In this document: in pieces, positions 52,724-64,000 of the stretch
Layout of the letters: every line of letters begins with the position of its first letter
Numbering within the stretch: position 1 is the stretch's first letter
From: Alphaproteobacteria bacterium
Lineage (GTDB): Bacteria > Pseudomonadota > Alphaproteobacteria > UBA2966 > CAIVPW01
Assembly: GCA_016869235.1 (NCBI GenBank)
Contig: VGER01000005.1
Span: 575-64,574, forward strand
Direction: 5' to 3'
DNA length: 64,000 nucleotides
Notes under the pieces: model-generated
Databases searched by the model: none
What the model was told of the DNA's origin: nothing
The model's input: the letters and a program-made list of their open reading frames with translations, nothing else
Position numbers and translations under genes: made by a program

Positions 52724-54283
52724 TCAACCGATGCTGGTGAACACCACGTAGACGAGCAGAACCAGGGTCAAGCCATACATAAGGACCCGGTTGCCGTTGA
52801 AGGTGCGACGGCTGCCGCCCAAGGACGGCGACAGCGCGTCGGGCGGCAGCAGCTTCAGCCCCTCCGGGGTGAAGGACGCGCCCGCCCGCTCGGCGGCTTC
52901 GATCAGGCCGGGCAGGCGGCGCACGGTGGCCAACAGCTCCTCGGCGCCCGACTGCGCCTGGGCGGCGAGGCCCATCGCCTGCGGCAGCCAGTTGCGCAGC
53001 CAGGTGCGCGCGGTCGCCCACAGGTCCTTGTGTGGCGCCAGCTCGCGGCAGATGCCCTCGACCACCACCAGCGTCTTCTGCAGCAGCAGGAGTTGCGGTT
53101 GTGTGCGCATGCGGAACTGCTCGGTCACCGCGAACAGGTGCGCCAGCAGCTTGCCCATCGACACATCCGCCGGCGGCCGGTCGAACACCGGCTTGGCGAT
53201 GGCGCGCAGCGCCTGGGCGAAGCTCTCCACCGATTGGTCGCGGCGCACGTAGCCGGCCTGGAAGTGCACTTCGGCGGCGCGCCGGTAGTCGCCGGTCAGG
53301 AACGCCAGCAGCATCGCGCCCACGTAGCGGCGCTCGCTGTCGTCCAGGCGCCCCATGATGCCGAAGTCCACGGCGATGATGCCGTCGTCCGCTCCGACGA
53401 ACAGGTTGCCGTGGTGCAGGTCGGCGTGGAAGAAGCCGTCGCGGAACGCTTGGTTGAGGAACGCGGTCAGCAGGTTGTCGACGACGCGGTCAAGGTTGCG
53501 GCCGGCGGCGAGCAGCGCGGCGCGGTCGGCGATCGGAATACCCTCGACGCGCTCGGTGCAAAGCACCCTGCACTGGGTGCGCCGCCAGTCCACGTCTGGG
53601 ATTTTGAACGTCGGGTCGCCGGCAAAGCTCTCGGCCATCTCCGATGCGGCCGCGCCCTCCAGGCGCAGGTCGAGCTCCTCGCTCACCGAGCGCTTGAAGG
53701 TCTTCACCACCTTCACCGGCTCCAGCCGGCGCGCCGGCTCGACGAAGCGCTCAAGCAGCTCGGCTCCCCACAGGAAGAAGTCGATGTCGCGCTCGAAGTC
53801 ATCTTCGATGCCCGGGCGCAGCACCTTCACCGCCACCGGCTCGCCGTCCACCGTCACGGCGAAGTGCACCTGGGCGATCGAGGCGGCCGCCACCGGCGTC
53901 TGCTCGAAGCTCGCGAACAGCTCGTGGATCGGATGGTCCAGCTCCGATTCGATGACCGCGAGCGCTTGCGCCGTTGGGAAGGGCGGCAGGCGGTCGCGCA
54001 GAAGGGCCAGGTCGGCGGCGATCTCCTCGCCAACGATGTCGGCGCGCGTGGACAGCGTCTGGCCGAACTTGATGAAGCTCGGCCCCATCGCCTGGACCGC
54101 CGCCGCCAGACGCTGGCCCGGCCGCTGCGCCGCGAAGTCCGGCCGGGCCCGTCCCGCCACAGCCTTGGCGAGCCAGTGCAGCCAGCCGGGCAGGTCCAAT
54201 CGGTCCAGGATGTAGGTCGCGTCGTGGGCGCCCAGCGTGCGGACAATGCGCCAGCCACGGCCCAGGTTACGGAGCGTGCGCAC
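52724..54283 (-). CDS. ubiB: Ubiquinone biosynthesis kinase-like protein UbiB
   Basis: GPSFIKFGQ, AAASIAQVH, VAVKVLRP, FFHADLH and DFGIMG. Confidence 0.95.
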   Translation of the reverse strand: MRTLRNLGRGWRIVRTLGAHDATYILDRLDLPGWLHWLAKAVAGRARPDFAAQRPGQRLAAAVQAMGPSFIKFGQTLSTRADIVGEEIAADLALLRDRLPPFPTAQALAVIESELDHPIHELFASFEQTPVAAASIAQVHFAVTVDGEPVAVKVLRPGIEDDFERDIDFFLWGAELLERFVEPARRLEPVKVVKTFKRSVSEELDLRLEGAAASEMAESFAGDPTFKIPDVDWRRTQCRVLCTERVEGIPIADRAALLAAGRNLDRVVDNLLTAFLNQAFRDGFFHADLHHGNLFVGADDGIIAVDFGIMGRLDDSERRYVGAMLLAFLTGDYRRAAEVHFQAGYVRRDQSVESFAQALRAIAKPVFDRPPADVSMGKLLAHLFAVTEQFRMRTQPQLLLLQKTLVVVEGICRELAPHKDLWATARTWLRNWLPQAMGLAAQAQSGAEELLATVRRLPGLIEAAERAGASFTPEGLKLLPPDALSPSLGGSRRTFNGNRVLMYGLTLVLLVYVVFTSIG

Positions 54284-54295
54284 GCGTCCGGCTCC

Positions 54296-55093
54296 CTAGA
54301 TGCGCCACGCGGAGTACAAAGTCGCGATGCCGCCCGCCAGCACGCCCGTGCGCACACGGCCAAGGCCTGTGTCCTCCATTGCCTTCACCACCGCCGCGCG
54401 CGGGGGGAAATGACGGATGCTGTCCACCAGGTATTGATAGGCATCGCGCCGGCCGCTCACCCATTCGCCCAGGCGCGGCAGCACGGCCCGGGAATAGGTG
54501 TCGTAGGCCCTCTCCATACCTGGCAACAGCGGCCCCCCGAACTCCAGGGCCACGAAGCGGCCGCCCCAGCGCAGCACCCGGCGCACCTCGGCAAGGGCTG
54601 CATCCATGTGCGTGACGTTGCGCAGGCCGAAGGCATTGGTGCACGCGTCCTGGCTGGCATCCGGCAGGGGCAGCGCCTCGGCGTCGCCGGCGACGAACCG
54701 CACGCCGCCGACCGAGCCGCGGTCGAGGGCGCGATCGCGTCCCACCGCCAGCATCTCGGGCGAGGCGTCGACCACGGTGATGGTGCCGCCCTTTTCGCCG
54801 ACGCGATCCAACACCCGGAAGGCGATGTCGCCGGTGCCACCGGCGATGTCCGCCAAGGCGAGGCCCGGGCGCGGGTTCAGCCAATCCACCATCTCCGCCT
54901 TCCATAGGCGGTGGGTGCCCCCGCTCATCAGGTCGTTCATGAGGTCGTAGCGGTTGGCGACGCCGGCGAAGACGTCGCGCACCAGCGGTGCCTTTTCGGC
55001 CAGGGGCACCAGCCGGTCGCCGAAAAACGTCGAGGCCGAGGCCGAGGCCGCGCTGGAGGCGCGCCCCCCGCGCGAAGCGGAACGCCGTGTCAT
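54296..55093 (-). CDS. ubiE: Ubiquinone/menaquinone C-methyltransferase
   Basis: YDLMNDLMSGG.HRLWK, DIAGGTGDIAF, FGLRNVT and YQYLVDSI. Confidence 0.96.
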   Translation of the reverse strand: MTRRSASRGGRASSAASASASTFFGDRLVPLAEKAPLVRDVFAGVANRYDLMNDLMSGGTHRLWKAEMVDWLNPRPGLALADIAGGTGDIAFRVLDRVGEKGGTITVVDASPEMLAVGRDRALDRGSVGGVRFVAGDAEALPLPDASQDACTNAFGLRNVTHMDAALAEVRRVLRWGGRFVALEFGGPLLPGMERAYDTYSRAVLPRLGEWVSGRRDAYQYLVDSIRHFPPRAAVVKAMEDTGLGRVRTGVLAGGIATLYSAWRI

Positions 55094-55149
55094 GGGCCGG
55101 ACAATAGCGCCAGCCCTCCAGTCTTGCTACGAAACGGGCAGAAATCCGC

Positions 55150-56025
55150 ATGCCTGAACTGCCCGAAGTCGAGACGGTCCGCGCCGGCCTGGCTGCCAAG
55201 CTCACCGGCGGGCGCCTGGAAACGGTCGAGCTGCTGCGCAAGGACCTGCGCGTTCCCTTTCCCAAGGACTTCGCCAAGCGCCTCGCCGGCCGCCGGCTCG
55301 AGTCGGTGGGCCGGCGCGGCAAGTACTTGTTGTGGACCTTCGACGACCGGACGGTGCTGATCGCCCACCTCGGCATGTCGGGCCGCATGGTGCTGCGCCA
55401 AGGCGCCCCCGCCAGACCAGCGCGCCAAAAGCCCACGGCGGCTGCGCCGCCACCGGCCGAGAAGCACGAGCACGTCGTGTTCCACTTCGCCGACGGCACC
55501 AGCGTCGCGTTCTCCGACCCGCGCCGCTTCGGGTTGATGACGCTGACCACCACAGCCGAGGCCGCGACTCACCCCCTGCTGGCCGAGATGGGGCCCGAGC
55601 CGCTCGGCCCCTCTTTTACTGGCGAATACTTGCGCGCCGCCTTCAAGGGCCGGCGGGCTCCGCTCAAGTCTGTGCTCATTGATCAGCGCTTGGTTGCCGG
55701 GTTGGGAAACATCTACGTGTGCGAAGCGCTGTTCCACGCCAGGCTCTCGCCGTGGCGCGAGGCGGGCAGCCTGCGCGGCAAGCAGGCGCAGGCGCTCGCG
55801 GGCGCGGTCAAAGAAGTCCTCGCCGCGGCGATCGCCGCCGGCGGCTCGTCGCTGCGCGATTACGTCCAGGCTTCGGGCGAGCTTGGCTACTTCCAGGACA
55901 ACTGGTCGGTATATGGCCGCGAGGGAAAACCTTGCCCCGCCTGCAAGCTTACTGCGCGCTGCAGGATCGCTCGCGTCACCCAGGGCGGCCGGTCCACGTT
56001 CTATTGCGAACGGCAGCAGCGCTAG
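55150..56025 (+). CDS. mutM: Formamidopyrimidine-DNA glycosylase
   Basis: N-terminal PELPEVE, RRGKY, HLGMSG, GLGNIY and a C-terminal zinc finger. Confidence 0.98.
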   Translation: MPELPEVETVRAGLAAKLTGGRLETVELLRKDLRVPFPKDFAKRLAGRRLESVGRRGKYLLWTFDDRTVLIAHLGMSGRMVLRQGAPARPARQKPTAAAPPPAEKHEHVVFHFADGTSVAFSDPRRFGLMTLTTTAEAATHPLLAEMGPEPLGPSFTGEYLRAAFKGRRAPLKSVLIDQRLVAGLGNIYVCEALFHARLSPWREAGSLRGKQAQALAGAVKEVLAAAIAAGGSSLRDYVQASGELGYFQDNWSVYGREGKPCPACKLTARCRIARVTQGGRSTFYCERQQR

Positions 56026-56053
56026 CGGCGCCTTGACCCTGCCGCCGGGCGGC

Positions 56054-56083
56054 TTGACGTATCCACAGGCGGTTCGATATACA
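56054..56083 (+). promoter_or_regulatory. rpsT promoter with a DnaA-box-like site in the spacer
   Basis: TTGACG (56054) ... GATATACA; GTATCCACA at 56059-56067. Confidence 0.5.
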
Positions 56084-56156
56084 CCCGCCCTCGGCCCGCG
56101 CGGCGTACCTCCTCGTTTGGACGCCCCCAGGTACCGGCCGGTAAGCAAAGGAACCG

Positions 56157-56429
56157 ATGGCTCACCACAAGTCCGCGATCGTTCGCATTCGCCGCAACGC
56201 ACGCCGCGCCACCATCAACCAGGCGCGGGTGAGCCGCCTCCGCACTTACGTTCGCAAGGTCGAGGAAGTCATCGCCGGGGGCGACAAGGCCGCTGCCATG
56301 GCCGCCCTCAAGGAAGCCCAGCCCCAGCTGCAGCGCAGCGCCGGCCGCAACCTCATCTCTGCCAACGCAGCTTCGCGCAAGATCTCGCGCCTGTCCGCCC
56401 GCATCAAGGCGATGGGCCAGAAGGCCTAG
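56157..56429 (+). CDS. rpsT: 30S ribosomal protein S20
   Basis: MAHHKSA..RIR, SRLRT and NAASRKISRL. Confidence 0.97.
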   Translation: MAHHKSAIVRIRRNARRATINQARVSRLRTYVRKVEEVIAGGDKAAAMAALKEAQPQLQRSAGRNLISANAASRKISRLSARIKAMGQKA

Positions 56430-56912
56430 GCCTGATCGCCTCGCCGCGCGCCTAGGCGCGCACCCTGCACGCCGCCGCAGGCTCCGGCCCGCGGTCCTGA
56501 AACTTCTCGCCGGATCTGGCCGTTCGATTGCGCGTGCGCGACGCGCACGCATCCGTCGCGTCATGTCGCGCCGCCGCGCGACACGCGTGCATAGGCACGC
56601 ATCGAAATATGTGTGCGTTCATCGAAGCGATTTGTGTATGTTGTCACACCCCGATCTGTGCGCGCGTGCGGATTCGTGCCGTTCGTCCGCGACGCATCTG
56701 CCGAGTGCCGCAGCAATCGTGCGCATCCGTCACACGGAACGTGCGCAAGGCGCGCGGTGCGCGACTCCACGCACGAGTGTTCGCACTGCGCAATGGAATT
56801 GCCGTGTCGACGCGCAGCGCACGCAAAAGCGCAGAACGTCGCGCTTTCTGCTGCGCGCGATGCGTGCGTGCAACGCGTCACTCACAAATTGCGAGTTCGC
56901 ACTTCGGACATG

Positions 56913-56948
56913 TTGCAAGCGCGTTGCTGCTCCACTACGCTTCGATTC
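56913..56948 (+). promoter_or_regulatory. Candidate sigma70 promoter for rhodanese-dnaA with an adjacent GANTC site
   Basis: TTGCAA-N17-TACGCT; GATTC at 56944-56948. Confidence 0.45.
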
Positions 56949-57180
56949 TCCCAGGCGGGAGTTCACAGAAATTGGGCAAGTAATTCCGGCCACCGGCGGT
57001 ACCGCGTTACGGTCGTCGAGAAGAAGAAGGTGGTCGGCGTTGGTTGCGTGGAAGTTCGACGGGGGCAACAACTTCAGTGAGTACTGCGGCACGATCGGAG
57101 TGTGACCGCAGCATCTCTGGTGACGCTCGGCGGCGCGGTGGGCCGCGGCGGGGGGCGATGTGATCACGGGTCGCATGCGC

Positions 57181-57639
57181 ATGGCCGAGGGGAAACCCGA
57201 TCCGCTGCATGTGCGTCCCGCACCAGGGTACGCAGGAGACGTCACGCCGTCGGAAGCGTGGCGTCTGCTCACTGAGGATCCGAAGGCTGTGCTCGTCGAC
57301 GTGCGGACGATGGCGGAGTGGACGTACGTGGGCACCCCTGACCTCTCCCCTCTCGGCAAGCGGCCGCTCCTCATCGAGTGGCAGACATTCCCCGAGCGCT
57401 CCCTGAATCCGGGCTTCGTCGCCGACGTAGCCCGCGCCGTGCCCGACAAGGATGTGCCTATTTTGTTCCTATGCCGCTCGGGCGCCCGCTCGGCTGCCGC
57501 GGCGGCCATGGCGACGGCGCGCGGCTATACCCGCTGTTACAACGTAGCCGAGGGCTTCGAGGGCGACCCCGATGAGGACCGCCACCGCGGCGCCAGCAAC
57601 GGCTGGAAGGCCGCCGGCCTTCCCTGGGTGCAGACGTGA
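57181..57639 (+). CDS. Single-domain rhodanese (sulfurtransferase)
   Basis: YAGDVTP.EAW, LVDVRT.AEW..VG.P, active-site loop CRSGARS and GWKAAGLPW; start at 57160, 57175 or 57181. Confidence 0.92.
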   Translation: MAEGKPDPLHVRPAPGYAGDVTPSEAWRLLTEDPKAVLVDVRTMAEWTYVGTPDLSPLGKRPLLIEWQTFPERSLNPGFVADVARAVPDKDVPILFLCRSGARSAAAAAMATARGYTRCYNVAEGFEGDPDEDRHRGASNGWKAAGLPWVQT

Positions 57640-59075
57640 CGCCGCGCCGCCCCGATCCCCGTCCCGACACCTCTCGTGGTGAAACGGAAGGCGAGGGCGT
57701 CGTGCCGGCTCCCGTGGCGCCGCCGACGCCGGAGCAGTGCGGCTGCTGGGAGCGCGTGCGCTCGCGCCTGCGCGGCGAGGTCGGCGAGGCCGCCTTCAAC
57801 AGCTGGCTGCGCCCGCTCGATCTGCTCGACGCCGCCGGCCGGGCCGTGCGTCTCACGGTGCCCACGCGCTTCATGCGCGACTGGGTGGTGAAGCACTACG
57901 CCGATCGCATTCGCACGCTGTGGCAGAGCGAGGACTCGGCCTGCGACTCCGTCGAGATTCTCGTCTCCTCGGCCCAGCCTGCCGCGGTGCGCCGGCCGGC
58001 GCGCGAGGCGGGCAGGGGAGACGGCGCCGAGGCCGAGGCGCGCTTCGCGCTGCCCGCTGCCGAAGCGGCGAGCAAGCTCACCTTCGAGCATTTCATCGTC
58101 GGCAAGCCGAACGAGCTCGCCTACGCCGCGGCGCTGCGCGTCGCCGAGGCCGAAACGGTGCCGTTCAATCCGTTGTATCTGGCGGGCGGCGCGGGGTTGG
58201 GCAAGACCCACCTCATGCACGCCATCGCCCACCACATGCACCAGAAGTTTCCCGAGCGGCGCATCGCCTACCTCTCGGCGGAGCGATTCATGTATGAGTT
58301 CGTGCGCGCCCTGCGCGACAAGAACGTCATGCCGTTCAAGGAGCAGTTGCGCTCGGTCGACGTGCTGATGATCGACGACGTGCAGTTCATCGCCGGCAAG
58401 GAGAGCACGCAGGAGGAGTTCTTCCACACCTTCAACGCGCTCATCGACCAGAACCGCCAGATCGTCATCTCCGGCGACCGTTCGCCCAGCGACCTCGACC
58501 ACATGGAAGAGCGCATGCGCTCGCGCCTGGGCTGGGGCCTGGTAGCGGACATCCACGCCACCGACTACGAGCTGCGCCTCGGCATCCTGCATTCCAAGGC
58601 CGAGCAGCTCGGCGCCAAGGTTCCCCAGCAGGTGCTGGAGTTCCTCGCCCACCGCATCACGTCCAACGTGCGCGAGCTGGAAGGCGGGCTGAACCGCGTG
58701 CTCGCCTACTCGAATCTGGTCGGCCGCCCCATCACGCTCGAGACGACGCAAGAGGTGCTGAAGGACCTGCTGCGCGCCAACGACCGCCGCGTCTCCATCG
58801 AGGACATCCAGAAGCGCGTCGCCGAGCACTTCAACGTGCGGCTCGGCGACATGCACTCGCCCCGCCGCGCCCGCGCCGTGGCGCGTCCGCGTCAGGTGGC
58901 GATGTATCTCTGCAAGCAACTCACCACCCGCTCCCTGCCTGAGATCGGCCGCAAGTTCGGCGGCCGCGACCACACCACGGTCATGCACGCGGTGCGCAAG
59001 ATCGACGAATTGCGCCGCGAGGACCCGGGCCTCTCCGAGGACATCGAGCTTCTCAAGCGCTCGCTCGAAAGCTAG
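57636..59075 (+). CDS. dnaA: Chromosomal replication initiator DnaA
   Basis: FNPLYL.GG.GLGKTHL, IDDVQF, NVRELEG and [17 protein letters not shown]. Confidence 0.99.
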   Translation: MTPRRPDPRPDTSRGETEGEGVVPAPVAPPTPEQCGCWERVRSRLRGEVGEAAFNSWLRPLDLLDAAGRAVRLTVPTRFMRDWVVKHYADRIRTLWQSEDSACDSVEILVSSAQPAAVRRPAREAGRGDGAEAEARFALPAAEAASKLTFEHFIVGKPNELAYAAALRVAEAETVPFNPLYLAGGAGLGKTHLMHAIAHHMHQKFPERRIAYLSAERFMYEFVRALRDKNVMPFKEQLRSVDVLMIDDVQFIAGKESTQEEFFHTFNALIDQNRQIVISGDRSPSDLDHMEERMRSRLGWGLVADIHATDYELRLGILHSKAEQLGAKVPQQVLEFLAHRITSNVRELEGGLNRVLAYSNLVGRPITLETTQEVLKDLLRANDRRVSIEDIQKRVAEHFNVRLGDMHSPRRARAVARPRQVAMYLCKQLTTRSLPEIGRKFGGRDHTTVMHAVRKIDELRREDPGLSEDIELLKRSLES

Positions 59076-59292
59076 GCCTTGCCGGGGCTCGTTGTAGGGC
59101 TCTAAGTTGTTGATCTGCCTCGCAAATCCGGCCCTGAAAAGGCATGCGGCAGGCGGCCCCGTGTGCTAGATTTCCGGCCCGGTTGCCGCCTGTGTCCCGA
59201 CCCTCTTTCGCCACCGCCCACCCCCTTCGCGTGGGCTCCGGACGCGGGCCCTCGCCGGGCGCTTTCCTACCCGTGCTCGCACTCAGGAATCC

Positions 59293-60408
59293 ATGAAGCT
59301 TCGCATCGAACGGGCAGCTTTGCTCAAGTCGCTCCAGCACATGCAAAGTGTTGTCGAGCGCCGCAACACCATCCCGATCCTGTCCAACGTCTTGTTGGAT
59401 GCGCAGGCGGGCAAGCTGTCGCTCACCGCCACCGACCTCGACCTGTGGATGGTCGAGCACGTCGAGGCGACGGTGGAGCAGCCGGGCGGCACCACCGTGC
59501 CGGCGCAGACGCTCTACGACATCGTGCGCAAGCTGCCCGACGGCGCCGACGTCGAGCTGGTCACCGAGACCGACGGGCGCTTGCTGGTGCGCGCCGGCCG
59601 CTCGCGCTTCCATCTGCCCAGCCTCGACCGCGAGGACTTCCCGCTCATGCCGGAAGGCGACCTGCCGCATCGCTTCTCGCTCGCCGCCGCCGACCTGCGC
59701 CGCCTCATCGAGAAGACGCGCTTCGCCATCTCCACCGAGGAGACCCGCTACTACCTCACCGGCGTCTACTTCCACGCCGCCAAGACCGATGGCACCTCGG
59801 CCCTGCGCGCCGTCGCCACCGACGGCCACCGCTTGGCGCGCATCGAGACCGCCCTGCCCAAGGGCGCCGCGCAGATCCCCGGCGTCATCGTGCCGCGCAA
59901 GGTGGTCACCGAGATTTACCGCCTCATCGAGGGCCCCGACGACGACGTGTCGCTGTCCTTGTCCGACTCCAAGATTCGCGCCGAGTTCAACGGCGCCGTG
60001 CTCACCTCCAAGCTGATCGACGGCACCTTCCCCGACTACCAGCGGGTGATCCCGAGCGGCAACGACAAGATGCTCGAGGTCGACGCCAAGGCGTTCGCCG
60101 CCGCCATCGACCGCGTCTCCACCGTCTCGACCGAGAAGGCGCGCGCGGTGAAGATCGCCCTCGACAAGGGCAAGGCGACCCTGTCGGCAAGCTCGGCCGA
60201 GAACGCCTCGGCCACCGAAGAGCTCGCCGTCAGCTACGAGGCGGCCGGCATCGAGATCGGCTTCAACGCGCGCTATCTCATCGAGATCCTCGGCGAGATC
60301 GACGGCGAGTCGGCCGAGTTCGCCTTCGCCGACGCCGTGTCGCCCACCATCGTCCGCGACACCCAGGATCAGGGCGCGCTGTACGTCCTGATGCCCATGC
60401 GGGTCTGA
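59293..60408 (+). CDS. dnaN: DNA polymerase III beta clamp
   Basis: RRNTIPILSNV, TEETRYYL, ATDGHRL, GTFPDY and VLMPMR. Confidence 0.99.
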   Translation: MKLRIERAALLKSLQHMQSVVERRNTIPILSNVLLDAQAGKLSLTATDLDLWMVEHVEATVEQPGGTTVPAQTLYDIVRKLPDGADVELVTETDGRLLVRAGRSRFHLPSLDREDFPLMPEGDLPHRFSLAAADLRRLIEKTRFAISTEETRYYLTGVYFHAAKTDGTSALRAVATDGHRLARIETALPKGAAQIPGVIVPRKVVTEIYRLIEGPDDDVSLSLSDSKIRAEFNGAVLTSKLIDGTFPDYQRVIPSGNDKMLEVDAKAFAAAIDRVSTVSTEKARAVKIALDKGKATLSASSAENASATEELAVSYEAAGIEIGFNARYLIEILGEIDGESAEFAFADAVSPTIVRDTQDQGALYVLMPMRV

Positions 60409-60409
60409 T

Positions 60410-61723
60410 TTGCCAAAGCCCCAGTTGACCTCGGAACCGATCCGCCTCGTTTCATCGCGCGCAACGCATCCGGCCAAGGGAGAAGTCCTTCCGGCGGCGC
60501 CCGAGTCGCGCCTGGCGCTGACGCGCCTGTCGCTCAGCGACTTCCGCAACTACGCCTCCCTGCGCATCGAGGTCGAGCCGGTGCCGGTGGTGCTGGCCGG
60601 GCAGAACGGCGCCGGCAAGACCAACCTGTTGGAGGCCATCTCGCTGCTCGCGCCGGGCCGCGGCCTGCGCCGCGCGCGCCTGTCCGACCTCGTCCGCCGC
60701 GACGTCGGCGGATCTTGGGACGGCGCCGAGGTTCCCGGCCGCGCCTGGGCGGTCGCCGCCCACGTCCGCACCAATCTCGGCGAGACCGAGGTCGGCACCG
60801 GGTTGGTGCCGGGGAACGCCGCCACCGAATCCGAGGACGACGACGACGCGACCACGCCCCAAGGCGCCGCGCCCGAGCGCCGGGTGGTGCGTGTGGACGG
60901 CCGCACCAAGGGTCCCGCCGCGCTCGCCGGAGTCCTTTCCGTGCGCTGGCTGACGCCCGCCATGGATCGCCTGTTCGTCGAGGGCGGCGGCGCCCGCCGC
61001 CGCTTCCTCGATCACCTCGCCACCGGCCTCGATGCCGGCCACGCCCCGCGCGTGAACGCCTACGAGCGCGCCCTGCGCGAGCGCGCGCGCCTGTTGCGCG
61101 ACGGCATCGCGCGTTCTGCGCGCGCAGATGGAGAAGGCGCCGATCGCCACTGGCTCGCCGCCCTCGAAGGCACCCTGGCCGAGCTCGGCGTCGCCATCGC
61201 CGCCGCGCGGCGGGAATACGCCAGCCGCCTTGCCGCCGAAATCGCCGCCGAAGGCGTGACGCCGCTGCGTCTCGCCGTGTCGGGCAGCGTCGAGGAGTCG
61301 CTCGCCGCCAATCCCGCCCTCGCCGCCGAGGCGCAGTTCCGCGATGCCCTCGCCGCGTCGTGCGAGCAGGACGCCATCACCGGCGGCGCCGCCGTCGGCC
61401 CGCATCGCAGCGACCTCGCCGTCTGGCATGCCTCGGGTCTGCCGGCGGCGCAGTGCTCGACCGGGGAGCAGAAGGCGCTCCTGCTCGCCATCGTGCGCGC
61501 CGACGTGCGTTTGTTGGCCGCTGCCCAAGGACGCCCGCCAATACTTCTGCTCGACGAGGTCGCCGCCCATCTCGACGAGGGCCGCCGCCGCGAGCTGTTC
61601 GAGGCGGCGATCGGCTGCGGCGCCCAGGTGTGGGCGACCGGCACCGACCGCTCGCTGTTCCGCGCCCTCGAAGGCCGCGCCCAGTTCTTTGCCGCCGCCG
61701 GCGGCGTCCTCTCTCTCGCGTAA
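60410..61723 (+). CDS. recF: DNA replication/repair protein RecF
   Basis: FRNY, GQNGAGKTNLLEA, GPHRSDL, STGEQK and LLDEVAAHLD; start uncertain. Confidence 0.96.
   Translation: MPKPQLTSEPIRLVSSRATHPAKGEVLPAAPESRLALTRLSLSDFRNYASLRIEVEPVPVVLAGQNGAGKTNLLEAISLLAPGRGLRRARLSDLVRRDVGGSWDGAEVPGRAWAVAAHVRTNLGETEVGTGLVPGNAATESEDDDDATTPQGAAPERRVVRVDGRTKGPAALAGVLSVRWLTPAMDRLFVEGGGARRRFLDHLATGLDAGHAPRVNAYERALRERARLLRDGIARSARADGEGADRHWLAALEGTLAELGVAIAAARREYASRLAAEIAAEGVTPLRLAVSGSVEESLAANPALAAEAQFRDALAASCEQDAITGGAAVGPHRSDLAVWHASGLPAAQCSTGEQKALLLAIVRADVRLLAAAQGRPPILLLDEVAAHLDEGRRRELFEAAIGCGAQVWATGTDRSLFRALEGRAQFFAAAGGVLSLA

Positions 61724-64000
<2,277 letters not shown>

Noticed and set aside
56528-57105. 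ORFs of 106-180 aa in the rpsT-rhodanese spacer
   Set aside because: Their Cys/Arg/His-rich composition results from the RY-alternating DNA, and they show no SD or motifs.
56430-59292. oriC adjacent to dnaA
   Set aside because: There is no cluster of consensus DnaA boxes or AT-rich unwinding element on either side of dnaA, and alphaproteobacterial origins are often unlinked from dnaA.

Overview
GC-rich alphaproteobacterial chromosomal DNA (Rhodospirillales-like gene order, inferred), almost fully coding and mostly + strand. The core is housekeeping: mutS-glnD-murJ-trpS; tsaB-mucR-fur-acyltransferase-miaB-phoH-ybeY-corC-lnt-XRE-metK-trmB-rimP-nusA-ylxR-infB-rbfA-truB-rpsO-pnp; then ubiE-ubiB-coaBC-dut-rrf2-cysK-moeB on the minus strand; and mutM-rpsT-rhodanese-dnaA-dnaN-recF-gyrB (partial). 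Small accessory patches contain tandem HtrA proteases, methyltransferases, Nudix and macrodomain genes, an AsmA fragment, GH73 and deacetylase genes, a WYL regulator with a divergent ABM-like gene, and an irr-rubrerythrin-Fe-S oxidoreductase-DUF3501 cluster with two ICE boxes. I found no rRNA, tRNA, CRISPR array, prophage or transposase. Two REP-like repeat families occur. Several genes carry 1-2 nt deletions in homopolymers or (GC)n runs, most likely sequencing errors. No clearly new multi-gene system is demonstrable. The best leads are: a rhodanese gene coupled to dnaA, downstream of a hairpin-dense purine-pyrimidine-alternating tract; a Cys-poor Rrf2 regulator with a CymR-like C-terminal Ile beside cysK; YbeY with a histone H1-like tail; an isolated DnaA-box cluster at about 14.9 kb; and a candidate SD-sequestering pseudoknot in the metK leader.
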